Notes under the pieces: model-generated
Seen by the model: only the letters and a program-made list of their open reading frames with translations
Database searches by the model: none
What the model was told of the DNA's origin: nothing
Assembly (NCBI GenBank): GCA_050950765.1
Contig: JBMNIF010000002.1
Span: 352,001-416,000 of the forward strand
Length of the DNA: 64,000 nt
Direction of reading: 5' to 3'
Origin: Bdellovibrionota bacterium
GTDB lineage: Bacteria; Bdellovibrionota_C; UBA2361; JAAYZI01
Translations under genes and position numbers: made by a program
In this document: positions 27,828 through 37,932 of the stretch, in pieces
How positions within the stretch are numbered: the first letter of the stretch is position 1
Layout: every line of letters starts with the position of its first letter

Positions 27828-30080
27828 TTATCGAACTTTTTTAAGTTTAAGAATATCTCCGCGCACCCCGATCTTCGTTCCTTTTAATCCACGATTGCTC
27901 AATGCAAAATTCTTGGTATTAACCTCTTTTAATTTTTCTCCGTCATATACAAGCTCAAGTTTAACATCATCTTTATACGTGACACATCCGATTAACTCAT
28001 CATCCGCACGCACCCCCATTAACGACACGCCGATAGCAGCCTGTGCTCTGCTAGGAATTATTTTAGTATCCAGCGCTAGCACTAACCCTTTTTTAGTTAT
28101 GAAAGCAGCTTTCTTATCCAACTTCGCAACTCCTGCCAAAGCGTCGCCTTCTCTTAATTTTATAGCACGTTTGCCGTTTTTCTTAACACCTTCAAACCCC
28201 TCAACTTGAAGAACAAACCCCACACCTCGTTTAGAAACTAAGATTAAAGAATCTCTCTCTGCGATCGTCAGATCGTTTTTAGGCGCATCCGCTTCCGTAT
28301 AAAAAGCAAAACTCTCTACGATCTCTTCACCATCTTTAAACTTTAAAAGTTTCTGAATCGGGCTACCATACCCACTTGAAGATGGGAACTCCGTCACTTT
28401 CAAAACATACAACAAACCGAAATTAGTCAAGAACACTACATAATCAAGGGAGCTAACTTCATGCGCATGCACAATGCTATCCCCCTCTCGTATACGTGTT
28501 GTAGAAAGCTCATTAGTACGTCTAATCCGTTTTACCCAACCATCTGCCGTTACTATGGCAAAAACGTCTTCTTTAACAACGTAGTCAGCTTCGTTTATTT
28601 CAACCTCTGTAAAATCTTTTACTATTTCACTCCTTCTGGCATCACCATACTTTTGTGCCATAGCCTTAAGCTCATCTCGCACTACACCCTGCATAGCAAC
28701 TTTACTCTTTAAAAGGGCCTCAATCTCACCTAAGCGTTGCTGTTTCTCTGCCAACTCAGATCTAATTTCATCTATATTAGTCCGAGACAATTGATAGATG
28801 CGTAGATCAACGATCGCTAGAGACTGCTTCTCAGAGAGCTTAAATCTTTCTCGCAATTTTTTAGCAGCATCCAACCTACCGTTACTTTTTCGGACTATCC
28901 GAATAGCCTCATCCAAAGCATCAAAGATAAGGGCGAAACCTTCAAGGATATGCACCCTATCCAATAAATTACGTCTTTCAAATTTTAAACGTTTCTCAAC
29001 TATCTCAAATCTGAAGTCCAAAAAGTACTGTAAGATCTCTTTTAACGAAAGTAATTCTGGTCTTAACGCCTTTCCTACGGGAACCAATGCTGTCATATTT
29101 ACATTAAAATTACTTTCAAGTTGCGTATTCTTAACTACATACGCCATTGCTACATCAGCACTAGCTTCAGGGGCTAAATCAAGCACTATTCTGACAGAGG
29201 TAGTTGACTCATCACGCACATCGACAATCTGCGGCACCTTCTTTTCCAAAATAAGTTGCGCAATTTTTTCCACCAACTGTGCTTTATTAATTCCGTACGG
29301 GATAGTTGAAATGACAACGGCGAACTTCCCCCTCTGACACTCCTCAACTTGCCAATCACCACGCATCCTAATAGAACCACGCCCCGTACGATAGATCTCC
29401 GCAAGCTCATCTTTTGTATTTAAAATTGAGCACCCTGTCGGAAAATCAGGTGCTTTCACCAAAGCCGCTAAGCGATCATCCGTCACTTTCGGATTTTCTG
29501 ATAACTCTACTAAAGCCTTTACAAGATCTTTTAAATTATGCGGCGGAATATTCGTTGCCATCCCGACTGCAATGCCGCTGGCACCATTCATCAAGAGATT
29601 AGGCACCCTACTGGGCAGCACCACCGGTTCTTGCACACTAGCATCAAAGTTATCAACGAAGGGAACCGTCTCTTCTTCAATCTCTCCAACAACATCAATA
29701 GCAAGCTCTCTAAGCTTAACTTCCGTATAACGATAAGCAGCAGCGCTATCACCATCAAGGGAACCGAAGTTTCCCTGACCGTCAACCAACGGATAACGTA
29801 ACGAGAAATCTTGCGCTAACCTGACCATAGCCTCATAGCAAGCTTGATCTCCGTGCGGATGAAATTTCGCCAAAACTTCACCGATAATAGCCGCTGATTT
29901 TTTATAACTCCCCGTCGGCTTGAGGTGCAGATGTTGCAACATCGCATATAAAATACGACGTTGAACCGGCTTCATCCCATCACGTACATCGGGAAGAGCT
30001 CTGGAAGTAACTACACTAAGCGCATACGTTAAATAACGATCCTGTGCTTCTTGTTGAAATGATGTATCTATAACAGCCAT
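27828..30080 (-). CDS. parC: Type IIA topoisomerase A subunit, probably topoisomerase IV ParC
   Basis: [40 protein letters not shown]; no QxRGGKG GyrA box at the start of the CTD. Confidence 0.85.
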   Translation of the reverse strand: MAVIDTSFQQEAQDRYLTYALSVVTSRALPDVRDGMKPVQRRILYAMLQHLHLKPTGSYKKSAAIIGEVLAKFHPHGDQACYEAMVRLAQDFSLRYPLVDGQGNFGSLDGDSAAAYRYTEVKLRELAIDVVGEIEEETVPFVDNFDASVQEPVVLPSRVPNLLMNGASGIAVGMATNIPPHNLKDLVKALVELSENPKVTDDRLAALVKAPDFPTGCSILNTKDELAEIYRTGRGSIRMRGDWQVEECQRGKFAVVISTIPYGINKAQLVEKIAQLILEKKVPQIVDVRDESTTSVRIVLDLAPEASADVAMAYVVKNTQLESNFNVNMTALVPVGKALRPELLSLKEILQYFLDFRFEIVEKRLKFERRNLLDRVHILEGFALIFDALDEAIRIVRKSNGRLDAAKKLRERFKLSEKQSLAIVDLRIYQLSRTNIDEIRSELAEKQQRLGEIEALLKSKVAMQGVVRDELKAMAQKYGDARRSEIVKDFTEVEINEADYVVKEDVFAIVTADGWVKRIRRTNELSTTRIREGDSIVHAHEVSSLDYVVFLTNFGLLYVLKVTEFPSSSGYGSPIQKLLKFKDGEEIVESFAFYTEADAPKNDLTIAERDSLILVSKRGVGFVLQVEGFEGVKKNGKRAIKLREGDALAGVAKLDKKAAFITKKGLVLALDTKIIPSRAQAAIGVSLMGVRADDELIGCVTYKDDVKLELVYDGEKLKEVNTKNFALSNRGLKGTKIGVRGDILKLKKVR

Positions 30081-30203
30081 TAGTAAAAAACCTATGGAAA
30101 CTACGACTCCGTTAACCTAAGTGCAACTTTAACAGAGATTGAACAAAAGTGTAAATTAGAAGAATTTGTAAAATATAAGAGCGTTTTAAAAACAGGCGGG
30201 AGA

Positions 30204-31673
30204 TCAAACTCCTTCCCAAAATTTCTCTACCTCTTCCTGATCTGAAAAGTGGGTCTTCGTTGTACCTATAATCTGATAATCTTCGTGCCCCTTACCTGCG
30301 ATCAGAACAACATCCCCCACAACAGCCTTCTCCATAACAGAACGAATAGCCTTAGCTCGACAAACTTCTATAAAATCAGCGCGCGCACCCTCACTCAAGA
30401 TATCTGCAATAATTTTTTCAGGGTCTTCAGAACGGGGATTATCAGATGTTATCATAACTTTATCAGCATACCTTGCAGCAACTAACGCCATCTCCGGACG
30501 CTTCGTTCTATCTCTATCACCACCACACCCAAAGATCACCCATACCGTTCTATGCGGTAAGTCTCTGACACTTTTTAAAGCGTGTAAAAGTGCATCAGGT
30601 GTATGAGCGTAATCTACATAAACTCCGATCCCGTTTTTTCCAACAGGTTCTAAGCGGCCTGGAACAGGCTTAATCTGCGGCAAAACTCGAATAGCATCTT
30701 CAACATCAATCCCAACACTCACGCACCCCTGCAGAGCTGCCGCAACGTTATAAGCGTTATGCACCCCTATCATAGGTGTTTTTATCTTATGTAGTTTACC
30801 GTTTATATCTAACGAAAAAGAGCTTCCATTAATATCTTGAGAAAAGTTCATTATGCGCCAACTTGCACCTTGACTCTGCCCGAAAGAAATTGGTTGCACC
30901 CCGATCTCTTCACAATATTGCAAGATTTTTATGCCGTACGGATCGTCGTAATTAACAATCGCACTTTTTAAACCTTTATTGTTTTTAGCGATAAGTTCAA
31001 AAAGGGTACGTTTAGCAAGATAATACTCCTGCATGGTTTTATGATAATCCAGATGATCGTGAGTCAGATTAGTAAAGATCCCACTATCAAAAGCTACATC
31101 ACTAACCCTATCTTGATCTAGTGCATGCGAAGAAACTTCTATCACACCAAACTTAGCACCGTTATCGTATGCTTTTTTAAAATACCTCTGCAAAGACAAG
31201 GCATCAGGCGTAGTTAAAGATTCCTTACTATACATACAGGGACCTTCAAACCCTAACGTCCCTATCCTTAAAGCACTATGTCCGAGCTCTCTTAAAATAT
31301 TGTATATCAACCACTGTATGGTAGTCTTACCGTTTGTACCAGTTACTCCAACGACCTTCATCTTTTTTGTTGGATCCCCGTTTAAAAAAGCGCTTAAACG
31401 GCTAAATGCTTTTCTTGAAGAGGAAACGACAATTCCGTTTTTGCCATTCAACGCCTCTGCACGTTCAACAACTGCAATGACTGCACCATTCGTAACAGCT
31501 TCATCAATACAAGTATGTCCGTCAACTTTACTCCCTCGAATTGCAACGAATATTCCAGATTCAAGCTTTTCTCTACTGTCACAAGTGAGCTCTGCTCCTA
31601 CCGTTGTTAAAGCATCCCCACAAACTTCACCACCAAGAATCTCTGCTAATTGTTTTATTGAATAGCACGCCAT
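30204..31673 (-). CDS. murE: UDP-MurNAc-L-Ala-D-Glu:meso-DAP ligase
   Basis: GVTGTNGKTT, LTTPD, EVSSHALDQ.R, DHLDYH, VDYAHTPDAL, FGCGGDRD, DNPR (DAP specificity), AGKGHEDYQ. Confidence 0.96.
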   Translation of the reverse strand: MACYSIKQLAEILGGEVCGDALTTVGAELTCDSREKLESGIFVAIRGSKVDGHTCIDEAVTNGAVIAVVERAEALNGKNGIVVSSSRKAFSRLSAFLNGDPTKKMKVVGVTGTNGKTTIQWLIYNILRELGHSALRIGTLGFEGPCMYSKESLTTPDALSLQRYFKKAYDNGAKFGVIEVSSHALDQDRVSDVAFDSGIFTNLTHDHLDYHKTMQEYYLAKRTLFELIAKNNKGLKSAIVNYDDPYGIKILQYCEEIGVQPISFGQSQGASWRIMNFSQDINGSSFSLDINGKLHKIKTPMIGVHNAYNVAAALQGCVSVGIDVEDAIRVLPQIKPVPGRLEPVGKNGIGVYVDYAHTPDALLHALKSVRDLPHRTVWVIFGCGGDRDRTKRPEMALVAARYADKVMITSDNPRSEDPEKIIADILSEGARADFIEVCRAKAIRSVMEKAVVGDVVLIAGKGHEDYQIIGTTKTHFSDQEEVEKFWEGV

Positions 31674-31746
31674 AAGAGGACTTCCCCCAATTTTCAATAA
31701 GTAGTCCCCCTTTTCTTACTATATCAGTACAGAAAGAACAAAATCA

Positions 31747-33132
31747 TTAATGCGATTTCTTCTCTATCTTCCACTCTCTTTTTACGCCGTTCCCCTGCTC
31801 GATTAAGGTACCACTGGCAGCTTCATTTTTTGAAAATTCAACTTCGAACTTATATTTAACGTCATTACATTGAATCATACCATTTTCATCGAGAGGTGCC
31901 TTTTGGCAACCAAGCTCTTTAACGGAGATAAAGACGCCCGCACTTCTCCTTGAAACTTTTATATTCCTGTAACGATCTCCGTCAATTATAAACCCTCTAT
32001 ACTCACCGCGTGCAATCTTTATTTTATCATTAAAAAAACCGCTGTGAAAATAAAACCAATAAGATGCAGCGCCAATTCCAACAACTACAAGCGATATAAA
32101 AAGCTTAAGAAAGAGTTTTTTAAAGTTTCTTTTAGGTTTTTTATTTTTCTTTAACCGTTCAACTACCCTTGCTTTTCTTGAATTATTACTTCCGTTTGTT
32201 GAAATATTTTTTGCAGCATAGATCGGTGGCTGCCCTTTTAATATCAACCCAAGATCGACGCGCATCTCTCCTGCTTTTTGATAACGCTTCATTACAGAAG
32301 TTGCCATAGCCTTTTCCACCACTTGAGCTAACGCTATCGGACAATTCGGTGTCACTTGAGAGATCGGAGTAACCTTTCCCGTAAACCGTTCTAACATTAA
32401 TGAATTACTGGTTTTTGATCGAAAAGGCGAAACTCCCGTCAGCAACTCATACGCAATCACTCCCAATGCGTAGATATCGCCTCTCCCGTCACACTCTCCA
32501 AACTCAATATATTCCGGTGCAAAATATTTCGGCGTACCCACCAACATCCCAGTTTGAGTAACGGAGGCACTTACACTTCTTAAACGCGCCACGCCGAAAT
32601 CTCCGATCTTGACCAAACCTGTCTTTGTTAAAAAGATATTTTCAGGTTTTAAATCTCTATGCATAATTCCAGCAGCGTGAATGGCATCTAATCCGGCAGC
32701 AGCTTGATATAAAATATTAGCAGCTTCTTCCGGCGAAACAGCACCAGCATTTATGCGATTATGCAGATCTGTTCCTTCTACATACTCCATAACATAAGCA
32801 GGAGAATCGTTTTCATCAAAATACTCATACGCACGCACAACATTTCTGTGCAATACATTGTAAGAAGCTATAATCTCATTTTTAAACCGCTCGCGCAGCT
32901 CTGCTGTTTTAACGATACCGGGATAAAGCACCTTTATGGCGACCTCAAAATCACGATATCTCGGATCGGTAGCAAGATAGACTGCTCCCATTCCTCCAGC
33001 ACCTATGCTTTTAACCACTTTGTACCTTCCCCCAAAAAGGGAATCATTAGGACATTCAAGCATCGACTTTATTCTCAAAATGAAAACGACTCTAGCGGAA
33101 GAAGCCCCTCCCTCCTTGCTTATTATCGACAT
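31747..33132 (-). CDS. Membrane-anchored Hanks-type Ser/Thr protein kinase
   Basis: IGAGGMGAVY, VAIK, HRDLKPEN, DFG, GTPKYFAPE, DIYALG; single TM then a small C-terminal domain. The start may instead be 33063. Confidence 0.9.
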   Translation of the reverse strand: MSIISKEGGASSARVVFILRIKSMLECPNDSLFGGRYKVVKSIGAGGMGAVYLATDPRYRDFEVAIKVLYPGIVKTAELRERFKNEIIASYNVLHRNVVRAYEYFDENDSPAYVMEYVEGTDLHNRINAGAVSPEEAANILYQAAAGLDAIHAAGIMHRDLKPENIFLTKTGLVKIGDFGVARLRSVSASVTQTGMLVGTPKYFAPEYIEFGECDGRGDIYALGVIAYELLTGVSPFRSKTSNSLMLERFTGKVTPISQVTPNCPIALAQVVEKAMATSVMKRYQKAGEMRVDLGLILKGQPPIYAAKNISTNGSNNSRKARVVERLKKNKKPKRNFKKLFLKLFISLVVVGIGAASYWFYFHSGFFNDKIKIARGEYRGFIIDGDRYRNIKVSRRSAGVFISVKELGCQKAPLDENGMIQCNDVKYKFEVEFSKNEAASGTLIEQGNGVKREWKIEKKSH

Positions 33133-33247
33133 AAAGAGGAATAATCCTTAAGTTAAAAGCAGGTAAAATATCTTGTAAAAACAAAATATTACCTAAAAAT
33201 CATTGACAATTTTTTATCTATCGTGGAGTTATCAAGGTATTTAACGG

Positions 33248-33256
33248 TGCTATAAT
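33248..33256 (+). promoter_or_regulatory. Extended -10 promoter element for sspB
   Basis: Perfect TGcTATAAT about 27 nt upstream of the ATG at 33284. Confidence 0.5.
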
Positions 33257-33283
33257 TTATGAATATTGATTGATTTAACTATC

Positions 33284-33721
33284 ATGACGACCTCAAAGCA
33301 GATAAAAAAAGAGAAATACTCCACCATAAACGGTTTCTTAGCAGATGAATATGTTTTGTTGCATATCAATCCGAAACATAAAGGGCTTTCTATCCCTGCC
33401 TATCTCCAAACTTCAAATTCAGTTACTTTAAAAATTAGCCGTTTTTTTAGAGGCACTTTAGAAGTCACACAATCAAAGATAACAGCCGAACTACTTTTTT
33501 CAGGCACCTACCACACCTGCATCATTCCACTCGACGCTATCTGGAGTGTAACTGCTGAAAAAGGTGAAAACGTTATCTGGCCCGATAGCGCACCTAAAGA
33601 GATTATAAGTGATGTCTTTAAACACCTCGCCTCAAAAGAACAGAGCACAGCCCCCTTACAGGAACAACAACAAACCCCTGAACCACTCCCAAGTAAAGGA
33701 CATCTACGTAGAGTCAAATAA
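33284..33721 (+). CDS. sspB: SspB-family ClpXP protease specificity-enhancing factor
   Basis: L.IP.YL, ITAELLFSG...CIIPLDAIWSV and C-terminal GHLRRVK (ClpX-binding-type tail). Confidence 0.7.
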   Translation: MTTSKQIKKEKYSTINGFLADEYVLLHINPKHKGLSIPAYLQTSNSVTLKISRFFRGTLEVTQSKITAELLFSGTYHTCIIPLDAIWSVTAEKGENVIWPDSAPKEIISDVFKHLASKEQSTAPLQEQQQTPEPLPSKGHLRRVK

Positions 33722-33940
33722 ATTTTTACTCTCTTATCCCTATAAGCTTGGGTGATGCGCATAGAAATCATAAGGAAGCAGCGGAGTCGTTAGATCAAAC
33801 AATCTTTTTTCCTCTCCTATCCCTATAAGCAAAGCATTCTTTTTACGTCTTATCTATTTTTTCAGAGCCCTTGTAGGATAAAAAATTTTCCTCTCTTATC
33901 CCTATAAACAAAGCATCTTTTTAGACCTTATTATTTTTTC
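33722..33940. repeat. Three ~82-bp-spaced direct repeats
   Basis: TTTTT(A/C)CTCTC(T/C)TATCCCTATAA(G/A)C at ~33723, ~33806 and ~33886; copies 2 and 3 extend through AAAGCAT...CTTAT..ATTTTTTC. Confidence 0.75.
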
Positions 33941-33958
33941 GGGAAAAAAGAATTTTCC

Positions 33959-35374
33959 CTACTCTTCTTTTTTCTGCGGCTCTACTTTATCTAAGACATC
34001 ACTTTTTTTAGCTTCGGCTGTTGTTTCTTTCTTATCAGTTTTAGGTGGTGTTCTCTGTTTTTTGGGTACTCCCAAATTACGTGGATCAAACTTTGACATA
34101 TCAAACCCTTCCGGCAAGGTCTCACAATAAGTAACATTAAGGTAATCCATCATCAAAGTCCGCTTACTTTTTAGATCGTTAATCACCATCTGATTCGGGT
34201 ACGGAATACTCACACCGTTTTCACCTTGTGCAACTCCGTACAATATCGCAGCCGACTTCCAAAATTTACCTGCTCTATCGTAAACAAACTTATAAACTGG
34301 CAACATGCTCTCTTTATCAACATAAAGTGTCTGTCGTCCGTACAATGAATATGGATCTCTTGAAATCAGATCAATCTTAAATGCTTTACGCGCCGTAAAG
34401 ACGGCATCTGTCGGTAACCATGAAGCCCCTTGTGCATATTTTCTGGAACCGAAGTTCCAACGCATCTGCTGATCGGCGTGCGCTGCACTCATCGTTTCCG
34501 CTACACCGCTACAAGTTGGACCGACCTTCTTTAAAGCACCTTTATTTTTAGATGCAAACGGTAAAAAGACCTCCACCTCTCTAATCCTGCGTCCTTCTAC
34601 CAGTTCAAGCTTACCTGACCACAACAAAAAATCATCCGCAGCGATAGCCCCTGCTAAGAGATCACTTCTATTTGAGCCCGTTAGTTGACGTGCCTTTCCG
34701 ATAACAGGGGAGTAAGTCCAAACTACATCCTCGCTTCTTCCGTGAAACCTAAAGGTAAGCCAAGCATAACCGTTTAAGATGTCAGGCTTCTCAATCTCGA
34801 TCACTTCACGAAAAAGCTGCCCCGTCTGATCCGTCTCAGAAGCGCGCCAGTTGTAGAGACGCAAAGCTGTTCCCTGTAACTCTCTAAAGATCTCATCTTC
34901 CTGCTGTATGCGAATAATAAATCCGTATCTATTCACAGGATAAGCCCAATTAAGCGCTAAAACATTCCACAAGATTTTTCGGATCGCTCTCTTCTTTTCT
35001 GTTTTTGGTTGTATCTCATCCGTAGCGAAAAGAAATCCTTTGGAGAGCGTTCCCTCTACGGAAAGAGTTCCATCATCTTTTAATTCAACATCTTCAGAGT
35101 GTTCTTTTAACCAATCTGCACCGTAGTCGAAATCATAATTAAGGTCAGATACCACATCCATCACGATATTGCCGGAACGTAACTCAGCATAAAGCTCTAC
35201 GGGAATTTTTTTCTTATATTCATGCGCATTGGAAGCGTGCACCAGAACTCCTGCTAGTGGTTGCGCATCTGTAACGACTAATAGCGGTGCAACTTGCTGC
35301 GCATTAGCAGTAAAGGCGGTTAAGATACAAAATAGCAGACTCTTAGCTATATTTTGCATAATAGACCTATTCAT
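33959..35374 (-). CDS. DUF1329 / outer-membrane lipoprotein-sorting-like secreted protein
   Basis: Signal peptide; VWTYSP...KARQL, RSD, DDF.LWSG, Y.R..LYVDKE, YDRAGKFWK motifs. Confidence 0.7.
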   Translation of the reverse strand: MNRSIMQNIAKSLLFCILTAFTANAQQVAPLLVVTDAQPLAGVLVHASNAHEYKKKIPVELYAELRSGNIVMDVVSDLNYDFDYGADWLKEHSEDVELKDDGTLSVEGTLSKGFLFATDEIQPKTEKKRAIRKILWNVLALNWAYPVNRYGFIIRIQQEDEIFRELQGTALRLYNWRASETDQTGQLFREVIEIEKPDILNGYAWLTFRFHGRSEDVVWTYSPVIGKARQLTGSNRSDLLAGAIAADDFLLWSGKLELVEGRRIREVEVFLPFASKNKGALKKVGPTCSGVAETMSAAHADQQMRWNFGSRKYAQGASWLPTDAVFTARKAFKIDLISRDPYSLYGRQTLYVDKESMLPVYKFVYDRAGKFWKSAAILYGVAQGENGVSIPYPNQMVINDLKSKRTLMMDYLNVTYCETLPEGFDMSKFDPRNLGVPKKQRTPPKTDKKETTAEAKKSDVLDKVEPQKKEE

Positions 35375-35994
35375 TTTTCAACTTTCCATGTTTCAGCGAA
35401 GGGATTTTTATGCGGATCGCGTTCTATCTCCTGCATCCGCTGCATATGTTGGTTATAAACATCTGCTGCCCCTTCCCGTTCCAGCAACTTACTCCGCTGC
35501 ACCAAAAGTGTCTTATCTTCCACAAAGAAAGCAGGATCTGGTGGATACACCTCCGGATGCAAACCACAATCCATCCTAATCGCATCAACAGGGCAGGCCT
35601 CTACACACAAACCGCAATAAATACACCTTAATGTATTTATTTCATAACGTTTCGGGAACTTTTCCAACGCCGGATCGGCATCTTCCGCCGCCTCTATATG
35701 GATACACTTTGACGGGCAAGCTGTCGCACACAAAAAGCAAGCCTTACACCGCACCTCTCCCTTTTCGTTCAAAGTAAGTCTATGCCGACCTCTAAACCTT
35801 TCCGCATAAACACGTCTTTCATCGGGATACTGAATAGAAACGATAAACGAGGGATCTTTCTTGCAGATGCCAAGCGCTTTCAAGGGGTGTAGTAGTGCAT
35901 TGAAGAATAGGCGGAAAGTCGTTATAGACACCCCCCTTACCACCTCAAAGATATAAGCCTTTTCCCATAATCCAACTTTAGAACGATATTTCAT
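35371..35994 (-). CDS. nuoI: NADH-quinone oxidoreductase subunit I (2x[4Fe-4S])
   Basis: QYPDE....ERFRGRHRL, CKACFLCATACP and CIYCGLCVEACP.DAI ferredoxin motifs. Confidence 0.88.
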   Translation of the reverse strand: MKYRSKVGLWEKAYIFEVVRGVSITTFRLFFNALLHPLKALGICKKDPSFIVSIQYPDERRVYAERFRGRHRLTLNEKGEVRCKACFLCATACPSKCIHIEAAEDADPALEKFPKRYEINTLRCIYCGLCVEACPVDAIRMDCGLHPEVYPPDPAFFVEDKTLLVQRSKLLEREGAADVYNQHMQRMQEIERDPHKNPFAETWKVEK

Positions 35995-36244
35995 AAAACC
36001 CAACTAATTTTTTATTTTCTGTGTTAAGACCGTACTGTTATAACGTAAGAATCAAATAGACGCCACGCCAGTTATAACCCTTTTTCTGTTTTAACGCTTT
36101 ATTTTTCCTATTTAGATAAAACATAAAGTAAATACCTTGCAAGGATCCCCCTTGAACGTTACTCTTGGAGGAGTTCGGGGGTTGCCGTTTGTTTATTCAA
36201 ATTGACAATCTATATTTTAATAATTCTTCATTCGTTTTTTTAGT

Positions 36245-36850
36245 ATGACTTTAAATATAGAAGTTTTTTATTCATTTCAAAATCCGTACTCATATCTTGT
36301 ACTCGATAAGGTTTATGATATTGCAGACAACTACGATGTTGAGCTCTTGTGGCAGCCCTTCTCAGCCAGAGCCTCAGGGCAGCAGATACCAGCCTCCTCA
36401 ATCATACCAGAGAAGATCACCTATATGCTTGAGGACACAAAGCGTTCTGCTGCAGAACAGAACCTCCCTTTTGTTTACCCTGAAACGTGGCCGGAGTCAG
36501 AGTTTGATCCAGGGCGTGTTACCCGTGGTGCAGTAGTCGCTAACGATATGGGGATATTAAAAGAGTACAACTACAAGGTCTTCCAGAAATGGTGGGGCTT
36601 AGGAGAAGATCCTAACGATGAGAATTTCATGGCTGAATTAGCTGATGAATTAGATATCGATCTCGGCGATTTTCTTAGTAAGATCTCCAGCACAGACACT
36701 AGGGATCGTGTTAAAGGGATTTATAAAAGAGGTCGTAAGCTCGGTATCTTTGATACGCCCACCTTCTTAATAGATAAGGAGCGCATCTTCGGGCTTGATA
36801 AGGTTTCATACCTAGAGCAACGTCTGACCGCTATGGGATTAAAAAAATAA
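36245..36850 (+). CDS. DsbA-fold protein of the HCCA-isomerase/kappa-GST type
   Basis: IEVFYSFQNPYSY, GIFDTPTF, IFGLDK; contains no Cys and no signal peptide. Confidence 0.8.
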   Translation: MTLNIEVFYSFQNPYSYLVLDKVYDIADNYDVELLWQPFSARASGQQIPASSIIPEKITYMLEDTKRSAAEQNLPFVYPETWPESEFDPGRVTRGAVVANDMGILKEYNYKVFQKWWGLGEDPNDENFMAELADELDIDLGDFLSKISSTDTRDRVKGIYKRGRKLGIFDTPTFLIDKERIFGLDKVSYLEQRLTAMGLKK

Positions 36851-37342
36851 CTTATCAAAAAGGCGCATTCACTACCTGTTTAATCACTTCCTTAAAGATA
36901 AAAGAGGATTTAGACACCGTAGGAGCACTCTGCGCCTTATAAAGTCTTCTCACAAAAAAAACCTAACGGATTACTTCTATAAAGCCCTTTTTTCCTCCGT
37001 ATCTTAAACGTGATAGCACACCTAAAAAATTAAGAATCGCTTAACTTTCAGGTCTCATCCTAACCCTTCGCAGGGAGAGTGTTTTTAGTAACGGCTGTAT
37101 TTAGTAACTTTCCCCCAGATTTTGGAGTTATTCTTTGGCTTAAATCTTGCACACTCAGTGTTTTTCTTATAACGCTGCATCGCTGTTATAGGTTCCCAGA
37201 GTGTACATGTTACAGATTAAGCGGGGTTGCCCTCTCCGAAGACTAAAAAAGTCAAGTTCGGAAAAAGATTATAGAATGTTTTAGAAAAGATGCTCCTAAA
37301 TCTAAAGTTTTTTAGGAGAAAGTTCGATATCGGAGTTCTACT

Positions 37343-37921
37343 ATGCAGAGAACAGATTCTAATCATTCACAATCAGGTCTCGCCCTCGTGGAGCTCGCTC
37401 TACTTATACCCGTTTTTATTATTACCCTGTACGGTATAATAGACGTTGCAGATTTTCTAAACGAGCACTACAAGATAAGCCTTATCGCATACGAAGGTAC
37501 TCGCTTCGCCTCACATGCAGAGAAACTCGAGGCAGGAACGTGCGTAAAAAATGGCGCAGAAGCGATCAGTTGTGAAAAGATCACCTGCTCAACTGACACC
37601 ATCAACGCAACCACCACCTGCACACCTTGCACAAGTGAGAGGTGTAAAGCAACACTCCCCGTTCACAAAACTATCTTTGATAGGATTGACTCCTTACTTA
37701 CAGCACAGTACGGCGGCATCCCAGCACCTATTGAAGATATCCCCACCCGCCGCACCGTAACCTTTCAACAATCAAAAGCTGGGATCCCGATGGTAAGTAT
37801 TACCATCTCCGTGCCGCATAAAAGTTTTTTTGGAAAGTTTTTTACTAAAGATGGCACCGTAGTTGCTTCAGAAACAACAGCCTATTTAGTAAACACCCAA
37901 GAGTTTAATAAGCAAGGTTAA
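37343..37921 (+). CDS. TadE/TadG-family Flp-pilus minor pilin
   Basis: SG|LALVELALLIPVF...YGIIDV....A.EG.R.A TadE motif; six-Cys insert; GGAG RBS. Confidence 0.85.
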   Translation: MQRTDSNHSQSGLALVELALLIPVFIITLYGIIDVADFLNEHYKISLIAYEGTRFASHAEKLEAGTCVKNGAEAISCEKITCSTDTINATTTCTPCTSERCKATLPVHKTIFDRIDSLLTAQYGGIPAPIEDIPTRRTVTFQQSKAGIPMVSITISVPHKSFFGKFFTKDGTVVASETTAYLVNTQEFNKQG

Positions 37922-37932
37922 GAGGTTTTATT

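Noticed and set aside
36245..36850. Dedicated disulfide oxidase for the Cys-rich pilin
   Set aside because: No CxxC, no Cys at all and no signal peptide.
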